Shown one piece after another: positions 1 to 8,380 of a stretch of DNA of 21,321 nt. The position numbers and the translations under genes were made by a program. Under the pieces are notes generated by a model, which was not told where the DNA came from, searched no databases, and saw only the letters and a program-made list of their open reading frames with translations. Position 1 is the stretch's first letter, and each line of letters begins with the position of its first letter. Origin of the DNA: Myxococcota bacterium (lineage in GTDB: Bacteria > Myxococcota > JACRCW01); NCBI GenBank assembly GCA_040752415.1, contig JBFMGU010000185.1, positions 1-21,321 on the forward strand, given 5' to 3'.

Positions 1-11
1 GTTCGCCGATT

Positions 12-65
12 GCCCCCCTTCCCCGGCTCGGTGACGACGGAAAATCGTGACTGGGGAAGGGGGGC
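12..65. repeat. GC-rich inverted repeat / stem-loop (REP-like or terminator-like)
   Basis: gccccccttcccc (12-24) pairs perfectly with ggggaaggggggc (53-65), extended by G25-T52 and G26-C51. Inner acga (34-37) pairs with tcgt (45-48). No U-tract. Confidence 0.6.
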
Positions 66-239
66 CAGCGAGCGCAGCGGCTTGAACGTGGGGGGGTTGG
101 GTGTTCGCCCGCCCCGCCGCCATGGGCAGACTGTCGGACGCAGTTTCTGAGGGGAAACCCGGTACGCACGAGACCATCCGCCAGGTTGGCGCGCCACACC
201 GCTCGACGCTATTCAGGGACTCCCACGCGGAGAGACCAG

Positions 240-1133
240 ATGCGAATCCCCTGTTGGCTGGCATTGGCAACCGCAGTCCTCACGTTCACATCGGAAGCGC
301 CGGCGCAGACACCGCGTCGCAACGTCTTCCTCGTCACGGACTATGGCAACGACGACTTCTACGTCGGTGCCTTGAAGGGCGGGCTCCTCGAGAAGAACCC
401 CGAGGCGTCCGTCCATGACATCACGCACAACATCCCCGCGTATGACATCCGCGCCGGCGCGTACATCCTGGCGCAGGCCACCGACACGCTGCCGCCGGAG
501 AGCATCGTCGTCGTGGTGGTGGACCCTGGCGTGGGCACGGCGCGACGCAGCGTGGCGCTGAAGACGAAACGCGGCACCACGTACATCGGGCCGGACAACG
601 GGCTCTTCACGTTCGTCATTGAGCGGCAGGGTGTGGCGGACTTCCGTGAGATCACCAACAAGGACGCCATGCGGCCCAGCGCGCACTCGTCGACGTTCCA
701 TGGTCGGGACATCTACGGCCCCGCGGCGGGATGGCTCTCCCGGGGCCAACCGTTGGAACAGCTGGGACCGACCATCAAGGACCCGGTCCAGTTCAAGGTC
801 GCACGCGCGGAGCGACGCGGCACGTCGGTGCACGGGGAGGTGGTGCTGGCGGATCACTACGGCAACCTGCTCACCAACATCCCACGCGAGCTCGCGGAGT
901 CCATGGCCACGCCGGATCCCAAGGAAAAGACCCGCAAGGTCGTGACGGTGAAGCTGGGCGGCGCCACGGTTTCCTTCCCGCTGATGTCGACGTACGGGAA
1001 CGTCCCCGTGGGCAGCCCGGTGGCGGTCATCAACAGCGTGGGAAACCTGGAGCTGGCCATCAACCAGGGCAATGCTTCCGGCAATTGGAACGTCAAAACC
1101 GGTGCCGCGGTGGAGCTGGTCCCCGCGCGCTGA
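240..1133 (+). CDS. SAM-dependent chlorinase/fluorinase-family (DUF62) protein, SAM hydroxide adenosyltransferase type, with N-terminal signal-peptide-like sequence
   Basis: Motifs TDYG, DITH, VVDPGVGTARR, GPDNG, STFHGRD, DHYGN, LELAINQGNA. Start placed at ATG 240, preceded by GGAGAG, rather than 186. Confidence 0.9.
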   Translation: MRIPCWLALATAVLTFTSEAPAQTPRRNVFLVTDYGNDDFYVGALKGGLLEKNPEASVHDITHNIPAYDIRAGAYILAQATDTLPPESIVVVVVDPGVGTARRSVALKTKRGTTYIGPDNGLFTFVIERQGVADFREITNKDAMRPSAHSSTFHGRDIYGPAAGWLSRGQPLEQLGPTIKDPVQFKVARAERRGTSVHGEVVLADHYGNLLTNIPRELAESMATPDPKEKTRKVVTVKLGGATVSFPLMSTYGNVPVGSPVAVINSVGNLELAINQGNASGNWNVKTGAAVELVPAR

Positions 1134-1139
1134 TCCGGA

Positions 1140-1907
1140 GTGGGGCTTCTGCACGTGCGTCTGCTGGGCACATTGTTGCGCATCCTGGGTCGGCTGCTCG
1201 CCGTGGTGGCGCCGCTGACCACCACGCTGGCGGGGATTGCGCTCCTGTGCCTGGGGGCGCACGTTGCCGCGGAGCCCGTGGCCGTCGCCGCGCGACACAT
1301 CCTCGACGTCATCGACAGTCTCGTCGACACCGCGCTGGTGGGCATCATCAACGTGTGGGCCGACCTGCGCGGCTGGTCCACGCAAGCCACCGACGCGGTT
1401 GCCGAGCGGGCCATTGGTCTCGTCGACATTCCCGAGAAGCTCATCGCGGTGCACGCGCTGGGACTGCTGGTGGAAGGCATGGTGGTGCTGGCGTTCCTCC
1501 CGCTCTCATGGCGCGTGGAGCCCTGGGAATGGCCCAATCTCCGACGGGTGCGGGGCGAGCTTGCCAGCCTGCAGTACTGGATGCGCAGCCTTCCGCGCTG
1601 GGTTCGCGTCGAGCGGTCCATCCTGATGGTGCTCCTCCTCGTCGGGCTCTTGAGTGCCGTGCAGGATTCCCGCGCCGGCGCCATGGCGTTCATCTCCAGC
1701 AGTGACCTCGATCTGTCTCGGAGCTGGCTGTTCCCCGGCGGCACACTCGCCGCGCTCACGACGTTGTTCTTCGGCGCCACCTACGCGTTGTTCCCCATGC
1801 TGGGCGCCTCCGTCTCGCACTCGGCGGCGGCACCGCGTTGGCGTCGGGTCCTATGTCTCTTCACGGCACCGCTGCTCGTCGGAGCGGGACTGGTGGCGCT
1901 GTGGTGA
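1140..1907 (+). CDS. Hypothetical multi-pass membrane protein
   Basis: 255-aa ORF with about 5 hydrophobic segments. It starts 6 nt after the upstream stop and its TGA overlaps the next gene's GTG. Confidence 0.7.
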   Translation: MGLLHVRLLGTLLRILGRLLAVVAPLTTTLAGIALLCLGAHVAAEPVAVAARHILDVIDSLVDTALVGIINVWADLRGWSTQATDAVAERAIGLVDIPEKLIAVHALGLLVEGMVVLAFLPLSWRVEPWEWPNLRRVRGELASLQYWMRSLPRWVRVERSILMVLLLVGLLSAVQDSRAGAMAFISSSDLDLSRSWLFPGGTLAALTTLFFGATYALFPMLGASVSHSAAAPRWRRVLCLFTAPLLVGAGLVALW

Positions 1908-2908
1908 GCCGGTCCCGTCCTCCGCGCAAGATGACGCCGTGGAGTGGCGTGGGAGCGCTCATGGCGGCGCTGATCCTGTGCAACGCGTTGCCGGAGAAGT
2001 CGCGCCTGGGCGCCAGCGGTGCGGCGGCGACGAACACGATCCTGCGCGGTGGTGATCCGTGGCGTGTTGCGAAAGCCATCCTCTCCCCGCGTGAGCTGGG
2101 CGCCTACCGCGCTTCCCTCCGTGGCGACGCACAGGGGAGCGCGTGGGAGACCGTAACGCTGGAGGGACTGGCGGGCCCGCCCGACGGGAGATCACCGTAC
2201 GAAGCGGCGCTGGAGCACGCGGAGGGCAAGAAGTGGGTGGAGTGTCTGCCCATGGCGTCGGGCAACGGTCCCTGGTGCGTGAGCCGCTACAAGGCCGCGC
2301 GCAAGAGCCACGGTGATGAGCTGGCCGTGGAGATCGCCGTGCTGCGCGACGACGACGGGAGCCGCGTAAAGCGCGCGGTGGACGCGGCCACGGCGGCGGG
2401 GATTGCGCACCCGGAGCTGACCACGTCACACGCGCCGTTCCTCCAGCGCGCGGACCAGAAACGCATGGACGAGGTGGAGCGCGTGCTGGGCCTGGCCACG
2501 TTGTGGAGCCTGCGTTGGCCGGTGGGAACCAACGTGGCGATCACGAGCCCGTACGGCGAGCGCACGCACCCGGTGCTCAAGGTGAAGAAGATGCATGACG
2601 GCGTCGACCTGGCCACGCCGAGCGGCACGCCGCTGAAGGCGCCCGCGACCGCGAAAGTGCTCCACGTCGGGAATGACTCGGTATCCGGCCTGTACGTGGT
2701 GCTGGACCACGGGCACGCGGTGCACTCCGTGGCGTGTCACCTCTCAGAAGCCATGCTGAAAGCGGGTGCGTCCGTCGAGGACCGCGCGGTGTACGCGAAG
2801 ACGGGTGCCAGCGGGCGCGTCACCGGGCCGCATCTGCACTTCGGGATTCGGGTGGGAGGGCGCTTCGTGGACCCGGTGGCCGCCGCGCGAAGGGAGGGCG
2901 GGCAGTAG
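1904..2908 (+). CDS. M23 family metallopeptidase (probable peptidoglycan endopeptidase) with N-terminal hydrophobic segment
   Basis: C-terminal ITSPYGERTHPV, HDGVD (HxxxD) and TGPHLHF (HxH) zinc motifs. Start is either GTG 1904 (GTGA overlap) or ATG 1931. Confidence 0.85.
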   Translation: MSRSRPPRKMTPWSGVGALMAALILCNALPEKSRLGASGAAATNTILRGGDPWRVAKAILSPRELGAYRASLRGDAQGSAWETVTLEGLAGPPDGRSPYEAALEHAEGKKWVECLPMASGNGPWCVSRYKAARKSHGDELAVEIAVLRDDDGSRVKRAVDAATAAGIAHPELTTSHAPFLQRADQKRMDEVERVLGLATLWSLRWPVGTNVAITSPYGERTHPVLKVKKMHDGVDLATPSGTPLKAPATAKVLHVGNDSVSGLYVVLDHGHAVHSVACHLSEAMLKAGASVEDRAVYAKTGASGRVTGPHLHFGIRVGGRFVDPVAAARREGGQ

Positions 2909-2917
2909 CCCGAGAGG

Positions 2918-5392
2918 TCAGCGGGGGTTGGCGGTGCCGGGCGTGGGCGTGGCGCAGGAAGCCCAGTCCGCGTCGGCGTTGTCGCTGTCCGTGCCGGTGC
3001 CGTCGCGGCAGAGGGACATCTCCACGCTGTTGCTGTCGGCCACCGAGCCGTTCAGCGCGGTGCCTTCCACCAGGGAGACCGTTCCCAGCGGCGGAACCGT
3101 CGCGGAGGTCATCGCACCTTCGTAGCTGAGCGCATCCACCAGCGTGTTGGTGTTGGTGTCAACGAGCGCAAGTCCGTCGGGCGGGCCGTTCTGGACCTGG
3201 TTGGACGCGCCGGGGAAGGTGATGACCAACGCGTTCGGATCCACCACCACGGTCCCACTGCCCACGACGAGGTACTGGCCAGGATTCAGGGTCCCCGCCG
3301 TTCCCAGGTCCACGGTCAGGTACACAGCGTTGCCGTTACCATTCACCAGGTTGAGCTGGTAGCCGCTCAGGGCAACCGGAGACGCGGTGCCGTTGTAGAT
3401 CTCCACGAACTCCATGTCCTCGGCATTGCCCACCATGTCGTAGTCCACCTCGTTGATCACAAGGTGGTTCACCGCGCCGACGCGCACCGTGACGTTGGCG
3501 GAGAGACTGTTGGCGTTGAGGGTTGCCATGACCGTGGCGTCGGTGTCAGAGCCGGGTGCCGTGTAGATGAAGCCGGCGGACAGTTGCTGGTGTGGCACCG
3601 TCACCGTGGCGGGCACCGTTCCCGCGCCCGACGGCGTCACCGAGAGGTCCACCACTGTGCCTCCCACCGGCGCAGGAATATCCAGCATCACGGTGAACTC
3701 CTGGTCTTGCCCCGGCGAGATCGTGGCCGCACCCGGCTCCAGTGAGACCAAGCTCGGCTGCTCCGTGGCGCCCAGCACGCGCACTTCCGCCTGCAGCGAG
3801 GCGTTGTCATACGTGGCGGTGAGCGCCACCGACGCAGATTGCGAGATCGCGTTCACCAACACCTGCGCGGACTGTGAACCGGCCGACACCGTGACGCCGC
3901 CGCCCACCACGGTGAGACTGTTGGGATTGCTGCTGGTGACGGAGACAAACGTGTTGGTGGCCACCGCCTGGTTCAGCGTCACGGTGAGCGGTTGCGGATA
4001 GGTCGCCACGCCCAGCGTTCCCTCGTCGACGAACGAGGAAGCAGGCGTGAAGCTCTCCAGGCGCACAGCCTCCACCATGTCCGCGGCGTTGCGCGGCTCC
4101 AGCTTCGAATTGCCGTTGCGGTACGCCATGATGCCGGTGAGCGAGAGATACTCATCATTCACGACGGGGAACGGCGTGACGTTGTAGATGAGGTGACCAA
4201 CGCGGAGGACCCCGTCCACGACGAAGTCACCCGTCGGGGTGTTTTCGCCCGGCCCCGCAGGCGGCGCGATATCCGTGACGCTGACGTCAGACATGGTGAC
4301 GAGCACTCCTTCCAGCGGAGTTGCCCGCAAGCCCCCCGTCCCGACCTCCGCGGGGGACACGTTGATCGGGACCGGCGGGGCCTCGTTCGAGGCGGTCTGG
4401 GTCACGCTGACGACTTGGTCAATCTGCGTCTGGCCAAAGTAGTCGTTCACGCTCCCATCCACGGTGACCCGGGAGCCAACCTGGTGCCCGTGGTCAACGG
4501 CGTAGACGTAGATCCCCGAATAGTCCGGGCCCGCGTAATCGAGATCCGTCTCCTTCACCTGAAGGAAAAAGAAGTCCGTGCTCGTCGCGGTCACCAACGC
4601 ATCGGTCACCAAGACGCGTTCATCGACAGGAATGGTGCCGTTCTTGATCTCGTAGATGGTCACCGGACACGGCGCCTGATCACCGGGATTGTAATACGGG
4701 CAGGCGTCACACTCGTCGCCCTTTCCGTCGGCGTCCTGGTCGAGCTGCAACGGGTTGAAGACCCCCAGGCAATTGTCGGTAGCGTCGTCGACGCCGTCCA
4801 GGTCCGCGTCGTTCCCGCCACCGCTCGAGGAGGAGGACGACGAGGATGACGACGACGACGACGACGACGACGATGAGGAAGAGGAGGACGCCGAGGAGGA
4901 GGAACCGCTCGACGACGACGCGCCCGAGCTGGAAGACGTGCCGCTCCCTGACGACGACGACGTTGACCCGCCCGTGCTGGACGACACCTCACCACTGGAC
5001 GACGAGGAAGCGCTCGAGCTGGTGCTGGTCCCACTGACGTTGCCGCTGGACGACGTACCCGAAGAAGCCTCCCCGCTGGAGCTGGCCGTGCCCGAGGAGC
5101 TGGTCGACGACGTGGATGACGACGCCGACGAGCTGCTCACCGAACCGGACGACGTGCCGGAAACGTCCCCACTGCTGCTGCTCGACGTGCCACTGCCGGA
5201 GACCCCGGAGCTGGACGACGATGACGACGACGTGCCGCTGGAAGAGCTGGCCGTCGATGTGCTGGTGGAGGAGCCGGAGCTGCTGGTGGTTTCCTCGGTG
5301 GTGCCGGTGCTGCCGGCGGTGCACGCAAGGAGGAACGAGGAGGAGAACAGGGCCGCAGTAAGGGAACGATGCAGTTTCATGCGCGGAACCAT
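2918..5392 (-). CDS. Large surface lipoprotein: Ser-rich linker, thrombospondin type-3 repeats, OB-fold-like domains, two Ig-like repeats, C-terminal lamin-tail domain
   Basis: Lipobox FLLA-C (Cys codon 5323-5321). DADLDGVDDATDNC...DQDADGKGDECDAC matches TSP3. FFLQ...SGIYVY...GSRVTVDGSVNDYFGQTQI is OB-like. LVINEVDYD...EFVEIYN...TPTPGTAN matches LTD. Alternative start at ATG 5380. Confidence 0.85.
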   Translation of the reverse strand: MVPRMKLHRSLTAALFSSSFLLACTAGSTGTTEETTSSSGSSTSTSTASSSSGTSSSSSSSSGVSGSGTSSSSSGDVSGTSSGSVSSSSASSSTSSTSSSGTASSSGEASSGTSSSGNVSGTSTSSSASSSSSGEVSSSTGGSTSSSSGSGTSSSSGASSSSGSSSSASSSSSSSSSSSSSSSSSSSSSSGGGNDADLDGVDDATDNCLGVFNPLQLDQDADGKGDECDACPYYNPGDQAPCPVTIYEIKNGTIPVDERVLVTDALVTATSTDFFFLQVKETDLDYAGPDYSGIYVYAVDHGHQVGSRVTVDGSVNDYFGQTQIDQVVSVTQTASNEAPPVPINVSPAEVGTGGLRATPLEGVLVTMSDVSVTDIAPPAGPGENTPTGDFVVDGVLRVGHLIYNVTPFPVVNDEYLSLTGIMAYRNGNSKLEPRNAADMVEAVRLESFTPASSFVDEGTLGVATYPQPLTVTLNQAVATNTFVSVTSSNPNSLTVVGGGVTVSAGSQSAQVLVNAISQSASVALTATYDNASLQAEVRVLGATEQPSLVSLEPGAATISPGQDQEFTVMLDIPAPVGGTVVDLSVTPSGAGTVPATVTVPHQQLSAGFIYTAPGSDTDATVMATLNANSLSANVTVRVGAVNHLVINEVDYDMVGNAEDMEFVEIYNGTASPVALSGYQLNLVNGNGNAVYLTVDLGTAGTLNPGQYLVVGSGTVVVDPNALVITFPGASNQVQNGPPDGLALVDTNTNTLVDALSYEGAMTSATVPPLGTVSLVEGTALNGSVADSNSVEMSLCRDGTGTDSDNADADWASCATPTPGTANPR
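4823..5320 (-). repeat. Low-complexity Ser/Thr/Gly-coding tract including a (GAC)8 microsatellite at 4848-4871
   Basis: About 166 codons dominated by Ser. Repeated gac/gag triplets are visible on the + strand. Confidence 0.85.
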
Positions 5393-5478
5393 GCCCGGTG
5401 CGACCAGCGAATGCCAGTCCTTCCGGTCGCCGCTCCAACGCTGGCCGGGTTGCCGCCGCGGCGGGTAGCGTCGAGGAC

Positions 5479-6294
5479 ATGGGGTGTTCCTGGGGGAAGG
5501 TGACGCTGGGCCGGACCGGGTTGCAGGTCACTCCGCTCGGCGTGGCGTCCAGCTACGGCATTGGCGCCACCGACGTGGAGCGCGCGTTCGACCGCGGCGT
5601 GAACTACTTCTACTGGGGCAGCCTGCGGACGCCGAGGTTCGGCGAAGGACTGCGGAACATCGCGCGGCGGGGGCGCGAGAAGATCGTCGTTGTCATCCAG
5701 TCCTATTCGCGGGTGGGCTGGCTGATGGGTCCCTCCCTGGAGCTGGCGCTCAAGCGGCTGCGCATGGACTACGCGGACCTCCTGCTGCTGGGGTGGTGGG
5801 ATCGGCCGGTGCCGGAGCGCATCATGGACGCGGCGCAGTCCCTCGTCGACAAAGGCCGCGCGCGTCACATCATGGTGAGCTGCCATCACCGTCCCACCTT
5901 CCGCATCCACGCCGCGGACCCGCGCATGGGCGCGCTGATGGTCCGTTACAACGCGGGCCACCCGGGCGCGGAGCAGGACGTGTTCCCGTATTTGCCGGCC
6001 AACAAGCCGGGCGTGGTGGCGTACACCGCAACGCGCTGGGGGACGTTGCTGCGCGAGGACCTCATCCACCCGGAACGCGTCCCGCGCGGGTCGGACTGCT
6101 ACCGCTTTGTGCTGAGCAATCCCCACGTGGACCTGTGCCTCATGGGCCCGCGCAACGGCGAGCAGCTCGACGAGGCGCTCACCGCGCTCGACCGCGGCCC
6201 GATGACGCCCGACGAGATCGCCTGGATGTTGCGCGTGGGCCAGAAGGCCAGGAAGAGCGTGAAGGGCTCGGTTTTTTCCGTCGGCTCGGAGTGA
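5479..6294 (+). CDS. Aldo/keto reductase-fold protein (degenerate active site)
   Basis: LGRTGLQVTPLG N-terminus, ALKRLRMDYADLLLL, G-R-A-R-H-I-M-V-S-C-H, YRFVLSNPHVD are AKR-like. GAGGA precedes ATG 5479. Confidence 0.8.
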   Translation: MGCSWGKVTLGRTGLQVTPLGVASSYGIGATDVERAFDRGVNYFYWGSLRTPRFGEGLRNIARRGREKIVVVIQSYSRVGWLMGPSLELALKRLRMDYADLLLLGWWDRPVPERIMDAAQSLVDKGRARHIMVSCHHRPTFRIHAADPRMGALMVRYNAGHPGAEQDVFPYLPANKPGVVAYTATRWGTLLREDLIHPERVPRGSDCYRFVLSNPHVDLCLMGPRNGEQLDEALTALDRGPMTPDEIAWMLRVGQKARKSVKGSVFSVGSE

Positions 6295-6307
6295 AGGAGG
6301 GGTGCAG

Positions 6308-6688
6308 ATGAAGATGCGTGCGTTGAATCACCTGAACATCATCGTCTCCAACGTGGAGCGTTCCTCGGCGTTCTACGAGGATCTCTTCGGCATGGAGCGC
6401 CTGTGGCGCGAGGGAGACTTCGTGTTCCTGAGGTGCGGGGACACGGACCTGGCGCTCACCGGCGGAATCCCGCGTGTCGACGAGAAGTTCCACATGGGCT
6501 TCCGCGTGGACTCTCGCGCGGAGGTGGACGCCTGGCTGGAGGAGGTGCGTCGGTCCGGCGTGGCGCTGAGCCACGGCCCGAAGGACTACGGGAACTACTA
6601 CACGTTCAGCTGTCGAGACCCCGACGGGTACGCGGTGGAGATCTACTGGGAGGCGGAGCCACGTGGTCGCACGGGTGCGCCTGAGTGA
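6308..6688 (+). CDS. VOC (glyoxalase/bleomycin resistance/Fos-like) family protein
   Basis: LNHLNIIVSNVERSSAFY, HMGFRV and DPDGYAVEI give His/His/Glu metal ligands. AGGAGG lies 7 nt before ATG 6308. Confidence 0.88.
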   Translation: MKMRALNHLNIIVSNVERSSAFYEDLFGMERLWREGDFVFLRCGDTDLALTGGIPRVDEKFHMGFRVDSRAEVDAWLEEVRRSGVALSHGPKDYGNYYTFSCRDPDGYAVEIYWEAEPRGRTGAPE

Positions 6689-6707
6689 CGAAGCAGTGGC
6701 GGCTCGT

Positions 6708-7124
6708 TCATGGCACGTCGAGACGCAACAGGTTCAGGTCAGTCACGCCGAAGTCGTCGCCTTTGAATACCAGCGTGTAGCCCGACACCTTCGCGAGCGC
6801 GTAGGAGAAACAGTCGCCCATGTTGAGACGGGACAGTCCGGGTTGGCCCAGGCCCTTCCCGAATCGGCGAAAGCCCTCGCCTGCGGCGCGAAGATGAACC
6901 TCCTGGAACGGGACCGTCCTGATGTCATGCTGGTGCAGGAACTGGTCATAGAGCGCGACGCCCTGTCGGCCATACCGGCATTCCAGGACGATGTGCGCCT
7001 CAAACACCGTGGCAACGCTCGTCAGACGACGGCCAGCCTGGGTGATAGCCGTCAATGCCCGGTACCGCTCCGGCTCGTTCTGCATGATCGCCAGGAACGC
7101 GGAGGTGTCGACGACGATGTTCAC
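6708..7124 (-). CDS. vapC: Type II toxin-antitoxin VapC toxin (PIN-domain RNase)
   Basis: IVVDTSAFLAI...E...LNMGDCFSYALAK...LVFKGDDF, typical of the VapC30-like group. Overlaps the antitoxin stop by 4 nt. Confidence 0.93.
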   Translation of the reverse strand: MNIVVDTSAFLAIMQNEPERYRALTAITQAGRRLTSVATVFEAHIVLECRYGRQGVALYDQFLHQHDIRTVPFQEVHLRAAGEGFRRFGKGLGQPGLSRLNMGDCFSYALAKVSGYTLVFKGDDFGVTDLNLLRLDVP

Positions 7125-7372
7125 TTGGGAACGCCTTGCTTGTCGTAGCCAAGGATTTCGTCAGCAGGGCGTGTGTCCCGCACGGGAAGGGTGTCAAACT
7201 GTTTCACAAGCGCCAGCGCGGCCTCCAACTCGTTGACGAGTCCACGCTCCCGCCTGAGCGAGTTCAGCCGCTCTTCAAGAGCGTGAACGACGACGTCCGT
7301 CAGGCTCTCGCCGGTGAGGGCCCTGATTTCGCGGGCGAGTTGGTCGGCGCGATTGTTGTCGGACGCGGCCAT
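7121..7372 (-). CDS. vapB: Type II toxin-antitoxin VapB antitoxin (Rv0623/VapB30-like)
   Basis: ADQLAREIRALTGESLTDVVVHALEERL and C-terminal DEILGYDKQGVP. Lies directly upstream of vapC. Confidence 0.88.
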   Translation of the reverse strand: MAASDNNRADQLAREIRALTGESLTDVVVHALEERLNSLRRERGLVNELEAALALVKQFDTLPVRDTRPADEILGYDKQGVPK

Positions 7373-7378
7373 GACGCC

Positions 7379-7407
7379 ATCTTATCAGCCGCAGACATCC
7401 ATGTCAC
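7379..7407 (-). promoter_or_regulatory. Sigma70-type promoter of vapBC with overlapping palindromic operator
   Basis: On the - strand: GTGACA (-35; 7407-7402), 17-nt spacer ending in TGn, then TAAGAT (-10; 7384-7379), 6 nt before the ATG. Perfect inverted repeat GACAT-cc-ATGTC at 7394-7405. Confidence 0.7.
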
Positions 7408-7456
7408 AGAGTCCGGGAGCCCCTCGGGTGCGGGCACGCCGCCCGGCGCCCCGTCT

Positions 7457-8377
<921 letters not shown>

Positions 8378-8380
8378 GGG

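Noticed and set aside
240..1133. Fluorinase/chlorinase (halogenase) assignment
   Set aside because: The FHGRD His and the DPGVG...R residues indicate the hydroxide-using DUF62 hydrolase type, and no halometabolite cluster is nearby.
4755..5468. 237-aa highly acidic ORF on the + strand (poly-D/E)
   Set aside because: Antisense shadow of the Ser-rich linker: TCG/TCC codons read as GAC/GAG on the other strand. The - strand has the lipobox and recognisable domains.
6689..7456. vapBC as part of a mobile element
   Set aside because: No transposase or integrase, terminal inverted repeats or target duplication found; best treated as a solitary TA insertion.
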